Assembly: GCA_013265495.1 (NCBI GenBank)
Contig: MU057999.1
Location: 434,001-498,000 of the forward strand
DNA: 64,000 nt
Reading direction: 5' to 3'
Origin: Vicugna vicugna
Lineage: Eukaryota
Positions 27,343 through 40,858 of the stretch are shown piece by piece. Made by a program: the position numbers and the translations under genes. The first letter of the stretch is position 1. Each line of letters opens with the position of its first letter. Below the pieces are notes generated by a model. It saw only the letters and a program-made list of their open reading frames with translations, was not told the DNA's origin and did not search any database.

Positions 27343-27830
27343 TGTTAGTTAGGAATGTGTTCAGTCGCCAGTAACAGTGAATTTGGCTACTGATGGCTTA
27401 GAAAAATAGGAGTTTATTTCACTTATGTAACAAAAAGTCTTAGAGATAGGTGGCTGCTTGTGTTGGTTCAGATAGTTAACAATGTAACCAGAATACCAAA
27501 GGGCTTTCTCTTTCTGATCTGTCATGCTTATCCTAATGGTTTTCACTCTTGGGTTTGTTTTCTCATGATCACAAGATGGCTGCCAGGGCTCCAGACAACA
27601 CATCACTTAAGGCAGGAAGAAGGATGTGAGAGAAGTAGAAACTTCTCAGAATACTTCCTCCCCCAGTAGACTCCTGCTTATTTTATATTGTCCAGAATAG
27701 GCTCACATGGCTATCCCTAGTTGTAAGGGAGTCTGGGTCTGCAGGGAATAGAATTTTTGTGGTCCATCACCCAGCACAAAGCTGGGGTTCTAATAGAAGA
27801 GAAGATGTGGAGAATGGATATTAGGTAGAC
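27343..27830 (-). mobile_element. Old MLT1-type LTR
   Basis: 'tgttagttaggaatgtgttcag', 'cacaagatggctgc', 'cacatggctatccctagttgtaagggagtctggg'. Confidence 0.6.
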
Positions 27831-28229
27831 AGAGTCTCTTACACTCAGTTCTCTCACCTGAAGATGGAGATGATAATGAGGTTGCTGTGGGATTAGAGGA
27901 GGCGATATGTACAAGGTACTTAGCACCATGCCTGGCCCATGTCAAGTGCTCAATCAATGGTGTATATTATTTTTATTACAATTAGTATCACCCTTGACAA
28001 GGTCCAAAGCATTCCTTCATTGCTCATAACGCCCATTTGGTTCCCAATTAAGCCCTCCCTCCAGGCATGAAATCTTTCCCATGCCCCATCCTCTTTTCCT
28101 GATTACAGGCATTGTGGCAGCAGGTGCCAGAGATCACTCAGTGTGTTCTAGGCGGTGGTGTTGTCACAGAGAACAAGGCAGACTCAGCTCTGGCCGTCGT
28201 GGGAAACAGGTCCTGAAAAACAAATAAAC

Positions 28230-29560
28230 AAAGTTAGTGATGAGTGGTGAGTGGCACTCAGGAAACAAACAGGGCGGGCAGCTGGAGGGCTTGGAGGAAG
28301 CTTCTTGGTAAGGCGGCCTGGGAAGTCCTCTTGGAGGACCCTGTTTGAACTGAGACGTCAAGGATGAGCCAGAGCCTCCATGGGGACGTACTCTAGCCAA
28401 GCAAACAGCAACAGCAAAGTTCTAGAGATAGGAAAGGGCTGGCGAACTTGAACAGACTAGAAGGAAGTCAGACTGCCCAGAGCTTCATGAGAATGGAGGA
28501 AGAGAAGGTGCAAGGTACTGCAGGTGAGCGCCAGCAGAGGAAGGCTTCGTCATCCACGGTCAGGAGTATAGATTTCATTTGAAGTGCCATGTAGAGCCAC
28601 TGAAAAGTGTTTAGCATGGGAGAGAAGCCACCTGATGTAAGTTTCCGGATGTCAACTCTGGCTGTTCATTCATTCACTCTTTCACTCGAGTGTGATTCAT
28701 TGAGTGCAAGGCAATAGAACAGAGCAGCGAACAAAGCACAAAGAATCCCTGCCCTAGTGGGTAACCTACTATCCCAGTTTTCCGGCAATTTCCTGGGACA
28801 TGGGCATTTCAATGCTAAGATCAGGACAGTCCCAGTAAAACTAGGATGGTCATCCTACACAGAGCGTACATCATCCCCACTAGAGATGAAAAATAAGCAA
28901 ACAAATGAGTAAACTGTATCTTTGGTTTGATGATGATAAGGTAGGGAATCTGAAAGTTTGGGTGAGGGGTGAAGTTTTGGAGAGGGTGGAGTTCATGGGG
29001 AGTTTTCCTGGGAAGGTAAACAAGAGCACTAGCAGTGTAGGAGTTTTGGGGGACAGCATTCCAGGTAGAGGGAACAGGAAGTGCAAAGGCCCTAAGGCCA
29101 TTGTGTGCCTGGCAGTGTTTGCAGAGCAGTAAGGAGGGCAGTGTGGCTGGAGCAGAATGTGTGAGGGCTAGAGTATTAGGACTGACGTCAGAGACGTTGG
29201 GGAGTGAGGGCAGGATATGTAGAGCTTTGTAGACCATTACAAACACTTTGCTTTTCTGAGATGAGAGCCATCAGAGGTTAGGGGCAGAGAGTGACATGAT
29301 CTGATCTATAGTGTATCAGTATCTCTCTGGTTGCTGTGTTGAGGGAAGACTGAATGGGGCAAAGGCAGAGCAGGAAGAACCATTGCGAAGCTATGGCGGT
29401 CATCCAGGTGAGGGATGCTGGGGATCTGAACCAGGGAGAGAGGCATATTTTGGAGGCAGCATCATGCTGGTGGGTTAAATGTGGTGAAGTGGGGGTAAGG
29501 GAGAAAGTGGGTGAAAGGTGATCCGCTCCCTCTTGTTTAAACAAGAAGGTAGAAGAAAGG
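28230..29560 (-). mobile_element. L2 fragments with a MER94-like hAT element at ~28758-28857
   Basis: L2 text 'gcattccaggtagagggaacaggaagtgcaaaggccct'; MER94-like 'gggtaacc...caggacagtcccag...ggtcatccta'. Confidence 0.7.
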
Positions 29561-29599
29561 AACACTGCTGAAGTCAAGTTTGGGTTAGGGGCAGGGAAC

Positions 29600-30238
29600 T
29601 GTGGACAAAAAATATTGTCAGCCATATGAGTAAACAAAGGATGCTGTGGCCGTCAAGTCATCAGCCACTACCAGCCCCAACAGTGAGCAGAGGGAACTCA
29701 GGATGCAGACAAGCAGGCAGCCCGGCCTCTGCAGTCATCACCAGTGGTGCACCCTGAGAGAACTCAGGATGTGAAAGGACATGATGCTGGCCCTAGATAG
29801 CTAAGGTGCATGTCAAAGGAATGATTTCAATAAGCCCAAACCTTTGCACCTTCCCAGACATAGAAAAGCGCTAAATTCCTTAACTGGAGCTATCTGATTT
29901 TCTTTAATTAGCAGTACTCTTTTTCTGAACTTTATTTCTATTTATTTATTCTTTAGTGGAGGTACTGGATATTGAACCCAGGACCTTGTGCATGCTAAGC
30001 AGGCACTCTACCACTGAGCTATAGCCTCCCCCTCCCCCTAATTAACAGTAATCTTTGATGTTCTGACTACCTGGTCTTTGTTGCAAAAATTCATATATCC
30101 TGGCTTCTACCATGCCACGTTGAAGCAGCCCCCCAGAGCGTTCTGAGAGGCTGTCATCCAGGCTTAAGTCCTCAGAAATGTCTGCTGAATAAAACATAAC
30201 TCTCAACTTTTATATTGTGCATTTTATTTCAGTCGACA
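29600..30238 (+). mobile_element. ERV1-class solo LTR with 4-bp TSD
   Basis: TGTGGAC...GTCGACA termini flanked by GAAC (29596-29599 and 30239-30242); AATAAA near 30188. Confidence 0.85.
29921..30038 (-). mobile_element. Vic-1-like SINE nested in the LTR
   Basis: Same SINE core; degenerate TSD taattagcagtactcttt / taattaacagtaatcttt. Confidence 0.88.
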
Positions 30239-30479
30239 GAACCCAGAGTCCTGTTTGGAGAGTGTGTGAGATCTGTGATGGATATACTTGGGGGAGAGGG
30301 GTTGTGGGAACTCAGGGGTGTTTGGAACTTAGGCGACGGCTCTGGACGGGAGTGTAAGTTAAGGAATCCTTAGCAAATGTGTGGTATTTAAGGCTGTGAG
30401 GACGGGTGTCCTTTAGGAAGGGAATGTGGAAGGGAAAGACTGAACTATTGCTCCCAATTCTTTGTTCCATGGTAATACA

Positions 30480-30805
30480 TACCGTTGCCACTATTTCATG
30501 GTGAATATTACCCTCCCTGCCTTTGGATTGGGCCAATATTTTGGCCAATAAGGTGTTAGCCATATATGTTTCTGTAGTTTGGCTGGGACCCCATGCCTCT
30601 GTTATTGCCAGAAGAATATACTCTAAGGAGTTGGACCCTTCAGCCTAGCCTCAGGATAAAACACGTGGAACAGAACTGCCCAGCCACTCCACAGTTCACA
30701 ACCTCAAGCAGAGCTGCAGCTGGCCTGCAAGTGCTGAGGAAGAAAGGCTTATTGTCATAAATATTTTGAGGTTGCTTGTTATGCAGCAAAACCTGACTGA
30801 CACAC
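30480..30805 (+). mobile_element. MLT1-type LTR fragment
   Basis: Ends 'ttttgaggttgcttgttatgcagcaaaacctgactgacaca'. Confidence 0.65.
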
Positions 30806-31297
30806 CTCCCTCCAGCCATTTTCAATTAACTCCAGCTCTCCTCCACATTGGAACAGCCAATAAACTCCCAGCTGCCAAGTCTTTCCTTTTCTCATCCAAG
30901 AGCTTCAAATCCGATCCCTTCGGACTTTGCACAACAAGGGCAGGGGAATGAGAACTGTGCTTTGTAGCTAACAGCGATAACCTGCCAGCACACACGCTCC
31001 AGCGGGCCTGGAGTGCGTTTGACACATTCTCACTTGTTCTAACAACCCCGTGCGGCAGCTGTTCTTCCCATCGTCTTACTGAGGAGGCAGCCAAGATTCA
31101 GAGAGGAGAGCCTTGCACTGGGTCCCACAGCAGGAGGCAAAACAGGAGCCAGCAGCTGGGATGGAAGCCTAGGCATTCCTGGGGCCAAGCAGAAGCCAGA
31201 CACTGGCATTCTGGGGTCAGGGTGGAGGGGAAATAAGCTTTTCAAGGAACAATCATTTGTTCCTTTTGAAGTCTGTACCATGTGCATGCAATATCTG

Positions 31298-31326
31298 CAC
31301 ACACACACACACACACACGCACATAC
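31298..31326. repeat. (CA)n microsatellite
   Basis: Direct observation. Confidence 0.9.
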
Positions 31327-31503
31327 AGGCCAGGAATAATCAGCAATATTAACACACTTTAAGAAATATTCCATCTGTAAGTTGATGGGGATAGGAATGG
31401 GGATTCAGGATTCAGTCTTCTCCAATGGACGAGACCTGAGGTACAGTAGCCCAGCAAGACCTCTCTACTCCAAGTTCTGAATCTACCCCATCAGGCCTTC
31501 TTT

Positions 31504-32111
31504 TGTGAGACCGGAGGGAAGGGAGCAGGGCACAACCATTAAAAGAACAATACAGCAATTGAGGATATGAGGTAAACTTGTTAGACCCAAGATGGCGGAA
31601 GAGTTGACTCCCAGTAGAACTTGAACTTCATTATATGCTCATTGTAATACAACAGCATGCTCAATGACACTCCCACGGGTGCCATGACACTTCCGAGGCT
31701 GACCATAAAAGGTTTAAAAAGTGGGCAGTGGCTCCAGAAAATCCCAGCCCCTTCCCCAAAATAGCTGGAATAATCCTCCCATTTGTTAGCAGATGAAATT
31801 ACTGAGCCCACAAAAACAACCCCGCCCCCAGGGGCCTCTTGCCTTTGGGATGGTCCGCATTCTGCCTAAGGAATGTATATCTCCTCAGCTGCTCTTACTT
31901 TCCAAGACGACCCCATCTCCAGGGCCCTCTCTTGCCTTCTGAGACCACCTGCTCTCTGCCTATGGAGTGTGTGTCTCCCCAAGTAAACTTGCTTTCACTT
32001 TACCATGGCTTGCTCTTGAATTCCTTGATGCGCAAGCCAAGGACCCTCACTTGGTGAGGCGTATCCCAGGGACTTGCCTAAGACCTTGGGTGTGACCATT
32101 TTCCTGCAACA
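31504..32111 (+). mobile_element. ERV solo LTR
   Basis: TGTGAGA...GCAACA termini; AGTAAA-type signal near 31982; 'ctcttgaattcctt...gccaaggaccctcac' U5-like text. Confidence 0.75.
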
Positions 32112-33059
32112 TTTGGATGGAGAATTATGACCTGGAAGCCCTGAAAGTTATAGAGGAGGAGAGCACAACTCTGCATGGGATTCTGCCCTGCCTTGTGTGA
32201 GCATGCTTCCTGGAGATTTGGAACTTCTGGGGTGCCAGCCCTCCCCTTTCCTGGCTGCAGGGTCTCCTGGTGAGGCCCTACCTCAGAGATCAGCCCTAAG
32301 TCTCCCCCTCTTGAGCCCTGACACCCTTCTTTGCATGATATGCCTCCTAGTAATAGCAGTCCAAGTTGAGTGTCAGTGTCTTTTGTTAAATTCAAAGAGA
32401 CAAAGTGCACATCTGCCCACAGTTCCCCCTGTCTCTTAGCCTTTGGTTTCCCATCTAGGAAAAGAGGTAAGGTGCTTGTGGTGTGTTGGGGAGCAGGGAG
32501 TGGAGTTGTGGGGGCGAGTACCTCAAGCTGGGGCTGGGGAGGTGCCTAGGAGGGACGGTGGGTGATTAGAATCTTTGGGGGACTAGGTGGTAGTTAAAAA
32601 GGTGAGCTCATGTTGATCATCCTTTGTTTTTGTTTGTCTGTTTTGATTTGGGTCGAGATATATCAAAGTATTTGAAACGTCCATTAACTTAAAGGAAGAT
32701 GTGAGATATTAAACTAATGTGGGTGAAGAAAAGACTGCTGGGGCAGCAGGCTGGCTGGTGGGACCCGAAAGGGGGCATTTGCAGTTGCAGAAAAGAGAAA
32801 TTTTTCTCTCAAGCCAGCATCCCAAGAGGCCCGACAACTGGGATAAACTCAGAGGATCAGACTGGCTGACAAAACCTCCATCTGCATTTGAAACAGCCCC
32901 CCCCCCCGGGGGGAGGGACTCTAAAGGGAGGCTTGGAGTGGGATCTGCCGGCTGCTGGGTTCCTCCAGTCCAGATAACGTCCCAGAAGGCCCAAGCAGAA
33001 AGCTCCGGCTCAGATGGCGAGCTCTGGGTGTCTAGGTGCAGGAGGGGTCCCCGGAGAAA

Positions 33060-33620
33060 CCCGGGGCCAAAGCTGGAATTGGGGCCGGGGTGGGGGGCGG
33101 TGCGGGCGGATATCCCCGGGCTTTGCTATTTTGCTCAAGGTCACCTCTAAACGGGATTGAGAATAAACCCTCCTTGTTTGCCTCTCGCCGGCGCTAAGCC
33201 CCGGGTCCCCTTGGGTGTAGTCCAGGACGCCAGGCGCGGCTGTTTACAATGGCTTTCAGACGACAGATGGCGCGCGGGGCGGGGAGGAGAGGGCGCGGGC
33301 AGGTGCGCGGGGATATGCGTCGCCGCCGAGCCGGCCGCCCGGCTGCGCTCTCAGTAGATCGCAGCCTGCAGGCTGCAGGCGACGACCGGCCCGCCCCGCG
33401 AACAATAACCGAATTCTTCCAGCACCCCGACGCCTACCCCCACCCCCGGGGCTCGGCCACGCGCCAGCTGGACTCGTCCGTCCCCGCGCGCCCGGCGCCC
33501 GCTGTGGGCCGGCGTGCGGGGCCAGATCCGCGTGTGCGCTGGGGTGCGCTTGCACACGTACACACATGCACACTTGCTCACGCGGAGCTTTGGGCCAGTG
33601 AGTGCTTGCAAAGGTCGCAG
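33060..33620. promoter_or_regulatory. Orphan CpG island about 25 kb upstream of the AMOTL2 promoter
   Basis: Dense CpG and GC content, GC boxes, no repeat signature and no credible ORF. Confidence 0.8.
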
Positions 33621-35099
33621 GTGTGGCAATCCCAGCGACCAGAGCACAATGGCTTTCCTACTAGCACAGGAGCCGACTTCAGAGAGAAATGGCGTTTAGT
33701 TTTGAGCGACAAGCTCAGTATCAGAAACCACGCGGCTGGGAGTCTCAGGGCTGCGGCACAGAGGGCCCTGAATCGGAGTTGAGTGGCCTGCAGCCTGGTC
33801 CTGGTTCCACCACGTGGTTCGGGGGATGCAAATCGTGGGCTGGCTGAGCACCTTTTCAGGATTGCTGGCTTCGCCTCTCCTTCCCTTCTAGCCGGCAGGT
33901 CCTGGCAACTACTGTTGTAGGCTCCGTCCCCTCCCAGGGCTTCGTGCTTCTTCCTTAGCAAAGGGTATCTGAACCCGGCGAGGCAGGTGACCCACAGCGG
34001 CCCTTTCTCTCCCTAGCCTTGAAGCTTTCCTGCCGGAGGACACTGTGTGAGCTAAGTGCAGTGTCTAGTCCTTAGGGGAGTCGCCTTCAGTGTAGTTTGA
34101 CCACAGAGAAGTCATCTTTCTAGTTTAGTTTTGATTGTGAGCTCTCTCTTTTTTTTTTCTTTAAAGCAGCACGTAACACCCTGTTAGAAGAGCATTCCAG
34201 TCATTCTGCTGTGTAGAATTCTGCTATGAAAGGGATATCCAACATTTTTCTGGTGCAGTTTTTCCCAGATTTTGTCATCCGCACACCATCATTGTGACTT
34301 CTGTTGCAGCATGTTATCACCTGTAATATTATTTACTTAATAGAGTTCTGAAATTCTCTTGCCTTTTTTAAACTAAATTTATTTTAAAAGGATATTTTAG
34401 AGGTGAGTCTAGGGCTATGGTAACTTGAATGTGGTTCCCTTTCCAAATGAAGTTCTCCCTTTCTCGCTCTCCCTCTCTGTCTCTCAACCAGAAGAAAAGT
34501 CCAAGAAGAGCTGGAGTCTGGGGGAGAATTTGTACCATAGACATCTGTGGATGCTCAGGGGAAGGCTGACATTTGGCCAGATGAAGGCATCTGGTCCCCT
34601 CATCCCAACAGCTAAGAAGTTGTTGAACCACTGGGCTAAGTTTTCATGTTCCTGAGGCTGGAGACTCCCCCAGACCCAGACCAGGAAAGCATTTTCCAGA
34701 AGCCCCTACAGGAGATGAGCAGCAGGCTGGCATCTATGCTGCCTTGATTAGGACAGAACCCTGTCCCCCTTTTCCACTAACAGAATACCCATCCCTTAGG
34801 CTGCCCCAGCACTTGGACCTGAGCCGCTGTGAGCTGGCAGAGAGAGGAAGGGCAAACAGAACCCAGATCCAATGAAACAGAGCTGCTGAAAGAGGACATA
34901 AATATAACAACATAAGTTTTCTTTTTTTAAAGCACTGCAAACATTTAAATATAGCAAAAAAGAGACTTTGTGCAGCTAAAAAAAAATGTGATTTCCCAAT
35001 TAAACAATTCAATTGTTGAGTTGAAGGAGAAAATGGTCACTACTGAGATTTAGAGAAGCCAAGGTCAGCAAATAGCTTAAAACACAGAACAAAAATACA

Positions 35100-38060
35100 G
35101 GGAAGGAAATTAAGGGAAAAGGTCTGGATGATAGATGAATGAACTGGATAAATTTTCCACAAACTTGATCTTAATCCTTAGTCCAAAGGGAGAGAAAGGG
35201 CAAAAATAAACATGATCAGGGATAAGAAAGGAGACATAACTACAGATAAGATCAAAAATAATTGTTAAGAATACTGCATGCAAGTCTTTTAACATCAAAT
35301 TTGAAAACCTAGAGAAAAAAAATTTTTTTTAATGGAGGTACTGGGGATGAAACCCAGGACCTCATGCATGCTAGGCGTGCACACTACCACTGAGCTATAC
35401 CCATGCCCCCAAAAGCCTAGAGAAAATGGATGTTTCTTTGGAAACACAAATTTCCAAAATTGGCCCTAGAAGAAATAGAAAATATAAAAAGGCCAATTAC
35501 CATAAATAATGGGAAATGTGTTAAAAGATTTACCACTGAAAAACACACTAGTACCAAATGGGTTGATGATTGAGTTTTCTCTGAACTTTAAGGAAAGCCA
35601 GGCCAAAGACAGAATGTTTCTAGTTGATTTAATAAAGCAAGTTTATTAGTCAGGTTCTGCTGCAATAATGCTGTGTAACAATTTTTAAAAAACTCAGTGG
35701 CTTTTAACACAGGCTATAGCTCTGTGGGTCAGCTATGGCTTGGCTGGGCTTGGTTAGGCTTGGCTTCAGGCTACAGGTTGGGGTTAGTTCTGCTCCACAT
35801 GTTTTCTCATTCGGAGACCAAGGACTACTGGAGAAATGGTTTTCTCGAAGAGGAGGATGGAATGGAAAGAAGCCAAGTCAAACCATGGATGAATGTGGCT
35901 TATGTTGGTTGCTCACATCTGATTTGCCAAAGCCACTCACATGGCCAATGTCAATGTTGGGGTGGGGCAAGTCAACTCCATCTTTGTAGAAGCCTCGGCA
36001 AAGGTGGGGAAAGGTGGGGGGAGTGGAGGGGTTGAAGAACTATGTACAGATAGTACTATGTACTTGCCAGGATAACTTGAATACCAAACTTTACTTTTTA
36101 ATATAAAGACAAAAACTCTAAATAAGGTATTAGCAAATAGTAGAAATATTTTCTACCTTGATCTGAATGGTGGGCTTGTAATTACTTGAGCTTCTCATTT
36201 AGAATTTGTGTTCTTTTCTGTAAGTGTGATATTCTTCAATAAAGAGCCTAAATGTATACTAGAAAATTAAACTCAAGTCCAGACAACCGACAGACCTATA
36301 TGATCAAGAAATAAATGGCTTGTTTTTGAAGGTCACTGAATTTTTCGAACAGCTTCCTAAAAAGTAGGCTTCATGAGGTCGGAGATTTTGCATTTTGTTT
36401 GTTGCTATGGGTCTAAATAAACAATGTCTATGACCTAGTTAGTTGTCCATAAGTATTTGCTACTGATAATTAAAGTAAAAAATAGACTACTCTAAAATAT
36501 CAAAAGAATAATATATTTTGACCAAGTAGATTCTCTTCCAGGAATAAGTATGAGTAACTCTATTAGGCATATTTTTTTTACATCAGCATGTTGAAAGAAA
36601 GATCGTGGCATCATACTAATAGATACCGCAAAGAGTTGGTAAAATTCAAAACCCTTCTAAAAAATATGTATAGTAAACTTGACGTAGAACTGCTGAAATA
36701 TTTAAACAGACGATTCACCAAAATCCAATAGGAAATTTTATTCTAAATAGTGAAACACTGAGATAATTTCAATTAAAATGTAGGAAATTGACAGGGACGC
36801 CTGCCACCCCTATTGCTATCCAACATTGCTTTGGAGATCTAGCAAATGCAATAATACAAGAATATTAAATAATTGCTATAAACAATTGGAAAAGGAGAAA
36901 TAAAACTATTTTTTCCTTTCTGTTCATGCTATAGTTCACCCAGAAAATCCGAAGACTTTAGGAAAAAACCTGCTAGAATTAATGATTTGGAAAGTGTTTT
37001 CTTAAATGACACATATGTCAGAATAGTCTTTCCTTATTTTAGCAACAGACACCTAGCTATAGAAATTGGAAAAAAATTTCAGTACAAGAGCGGCAAAAGG
37101 TATTTGGTGCCTAAAATAAACTTAGCATGAAAAGTACAAGGCTTATTTGTAGAAAATTCTGAAATCTTATTGAAAGATGTTCTTGCTTGAGAAGGTAATG
37201 TTATAAACTATCAGTTCTTCCAAAATTAATATACAAATTAAAGCCTTAAATTTCCATAGGGATTTTTGAATAGGATAAAATTATTGTAATGATTATAAAG
37301 AATAGTATAACACCTGAGAATTGGCCGAAGGGTTAATATCTGTAATATAATAACAGCTCTTACAAATTGATAAGTAAAAGATAATGTAACTATAAATGAA
37401 TTTTTTTAAGTGGGCAAAGACTGTGAAAAAGAAGTTTAGCATGGCTAGGAAACAGAAGAGAGGATGCTCAAAACACAAGCCATCAAGGAAATGCAAACTA
37501 AACTAAAAATGAAATAACACTCTTTGCTTATTTGATAACAAAGATTATAAAGGTATAGCACTGATTGCTGGAGGAGACTCAGGAAAGAGGTCCTATCATA
37601 CAGCTCTGGTGGAAATGTGAGTTTTTGGGAATAAAATCTATGAACATCTATTAAAATAAACATACAGCTTGTTTTCGACTAGCAATCCCTCTCCTGAGGG
37701 TCTACCCTTTAGATATTAAACCATGAGTGTGTAAATACATATATGATATGTATGTATACATATATACACAAGGATGTTTATGGCAGCGTTGTTTACAAAG
37801 GACAAGAATCAGAATCAGTGTGAGTGTTCACCAGTAGGCAAATGTTTGAAAGAATTGGGATGCATTCACGCCATAGAACACACATGTCATATACAGGTTC
37901 TCAAGTGAATTAGAGCTATAGCAGTGGACTTGGAGGAATTTCCAAGAGGTGTTTTTGAAGAAGTGAAGCAAAATGTGAAACAGCATATACAACACGATTA
38001 CATTTTGTGGAGTAATCAGCGCCAAAGTCCCTATATGAATGAAATTTCTAAAAAAAAAAG
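35100..38060 (+). mobile_element. Old degenerate L1 (ORF2 to 3' UTR), interrupted by a SINE and an MLT1 at ~35640-36070
   Basis: A-rich sense L1 text: 'ttgaaaacctagagaaaatggat', 'tagcaaatgcaataatacaaga', 'aaggaaatgcaaactaaa', 'agcaatccctctcctg'. Confidence 0.8.
35320..35410 (-). mobile_element. Vic-1-like SINE
   Basis: SINE core; TSD cctagagaaaa on both sides. Confidence 0.9.
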
Positions 38061-38630
38061 AAAAGAAAGAAAATCTTTTTTTTTCAAATAAAGAAAAAAG
38101 GGAAAGAATACAAACCCTCTGGTCCCTGCTAATAGAGATGTTTCGCTGCACCTAGTTTATTTCTGCCGAGTGTCTGGATAGACAACAAAGCAGTATTAGA
38201 GTTCATTTGCAGAGTACATCCTCGAATTGATCATCTTTAATTCAGCAATATTTGCAAGTGCCTAAGAGTTCCTTGGTCTTTTCTAATATTTGGAAAGGTT
38301 AATCACAACAGGTTTACTTAAATTATACTCCCTACCCCAACCCTACGATGTTGAAATGGGAAGCCCATTTTAATGAAAAAAAAAAAACTAAAAAGAGAGC
38401 TATGTTTTCACCATAAATAGAAAATTAGATACAGTTTAAAAAGTTGAAAGTTAAAGGTAGCAGAAAAAAATAAAAATAGAATCACAATGAAGTTATTAAA
38501 TTCCAGCTGCTATTGTCAGCAGATGGCTTGAACTCAAGGTGTGCTCAATCTGTTATAAAGGAATATTAAAGTCATTAGAGAGTTTTCCAAAGTCCACAAG
38601 CACCAAACTGAGAGGATCTATTCTCCAGTA

Positions 38631-38760
38631 TTTTTCATTTGTTTGTTTTGGGGGGGAGGGTAATTAGGTTTATTTTATTTAACCAGAGGTACTGGGGATT
38701 GAACCCAGGACCTCATACATGCTAAGCACAAACTCTACCACTGAGCTATACCTTCCTCCT
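38631..38760 (-). mobile_element. Vic-1-like SINE
   Basis: 'gaggtactggggattgaacccaggacctc...ctctaccactgagctatacc'. Confidence 0.9.
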
Positions 38761-40740
38761 GTCCTCTAATACTACAGACTCAAAAGATAACTGCAAAGGA
38801 ATGAATTCTTTCAGCACCTGCTTCAGTGTCATTTGATGCTCCACCCTCGTGCCACCTAAAGTCCCTGGAGTCCCAGCTCCGGCGCTTGGGCAAATGCCGA
38901 TTTAGTCTAATCTTCATTTTTTTCCCATTGGAAAACCAAGCCCTGGGAAGATGGGAGCCTCATGCAAGCTCAGACACCCGGATGGCAGCACGTCCTTCTG
39001 CCACACCAGGCTGGCTCTTCCTGAAGAAGCAGCATCCCCTCTAGACGATCTAAAAAAGAAGGAAAATCAAGAGATGGCGTTCAGTTCTATTCTTTGCTGG
39101 TTGTGGAAAATAACTCCTGACTCTTTGCCTTTCAGTCACTTAGAAAAATAATCTTATTTCTATGAAAATTAAAATAGATGTTCAAAGGGTAGCATGGAAT
39201 ATATAAAGGTCCTTGGAGGAGAAACGTGTTCATCCAGCAACCACTTTGAGTGCTTTGTCTTGTTCCTCAGGGCGGGGAAGGACTTTAAGAATAGAACTCA
39301 CGGAAGCAAGTGTTCCAAATGGAAGAGCGCGGTGGCGGGTAATTACAGTGTGATGGCTAATTACGGCTTTCCAGGAAGTGCCTGAATTACAGGGCAAGTG
39401 TCAATTCCCTGTTGCTTCCTCCTGAGAAGAATAACACAGGCCAGAAAAATCGAGATCTGGCTGATAGGCATGAGAAACCTGGGCACACCTGGATCAGGGC
39501 AAGGCGGCTTTGTGTCTGGGGCTCACTACTGCCCTTGCCTTCCTTCAGCCCCTTGTCACGGGGGTGAGGGGCTCTGTCATTGACCATTCGCCACAATGAG
39601 GGCGGCGCTGCCCATCAGTCTCCTCCTGGCCTTGTCTCTAGCACCAAGAGAGATGGAATGGTGAGAAAGGCAACACTGATGAGGTCATGGAGAATGGGCA
39701 GCAGTGAAATAGCGGGATCTCTTTCCCTCTGCTCTGTACAAAGGCAACCTTTCATTCCCTTGGAAAAATCCACCACGGGCCCTTGCGAAGAAATGGTCTT
39801 CCCCAGGGCTTCTGTTTACTCAGCCCTCACTGGCAAGGCCAGGCCTGGCAGACACAAATGCCGTCCTTTTTAAGCCATCCTGACCTCAAATTGGCAGAGT
39901 GGAGAAACAAGAGTTTGTGTGAGGGGATCCCACAGGGAAGGTCCGTGGAATTTTCCTGCAGCCGTTCTGACTGCAACAGCAGCAGCTGTTAAACACACGG
40001 TTGTTTGGATGTGGGGCCGTTTTGACCTAGCCTAAAACCCAACCATTAAACTTTGAGCTTAAAAAAAAAAAGCGAAGTACACAGACATCCCTGTCCAGTT
40101 CCAGAGTCTCACCCCATGGGTGGGGTGAGTCAGGAATGGAGGAAGGGTTTTAAGAGTCTGTTTTGCACATTGGTTGATGATTTTAAGGAAGTGTCTTACC
40201 CTTTGACATAACCTGTCCAAGTGTCAAGAAGTCAGCATCAAAATGGCCACATGGAAGCATCTCTTGTCTCATGCAGCCCCAGTCATGCCCTTCCACAGGG
40301 CGCCCTCTTTCTCCTGCCTCCCCTGTTGGTCTCGTCCCAGCCCCAGTCAGAACTCCTCAGCGGCAGACGCTGCTTCTCCGGGATCGCGAGCAGGAACAGC
40401 TGTTCAGTGCAGGCTTCTCTGACTAATAGTATGAAATATGCTTACATTCGGTTCAGACTTTCCCCACACATGCAGAAGAAACAATAAGAAGTGAAGTAAG
40501 GTCTCTAGGCCAGGGGTTTCTTCAAACTCTTTGGCCACAATCTACTATAAAAATTTTAATAGCAACCTCTAACTACAACCCAGTGTAGTATCCTCAACTC
40601 ATACACACATGCTCACTCACACTTGATACGGAGGTTTGATAAAATAAAACTTACATTCACTCTGCACAGTGAGGTTGGCTATATTCTCTTCTATGCTGTT
40701 TTGCTCTTCTTAATTTCACTTTCAGAAATGCTTGAACATT

Positions 40741-40858
40741 GTAATGGAAAAGAATCTGAAAAAAAAATATGTATGTATATGTATAACGGAATTGCTTTGC
40801 TGTACACCTGAGACTAACATTGTAAATTGACTAGACTTCAATAAAAAATAAGAATAAA
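40741..40858 (+). mobile_element. Very short 5'-truncated L1 3' tail
   Basis: 'gctgtacacctgagactaac...cttcaataaaaaa'; TSD aaatgcttg(a/g)acatt at 40726-40740 and 40859-40873. Confidence 0.85.
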
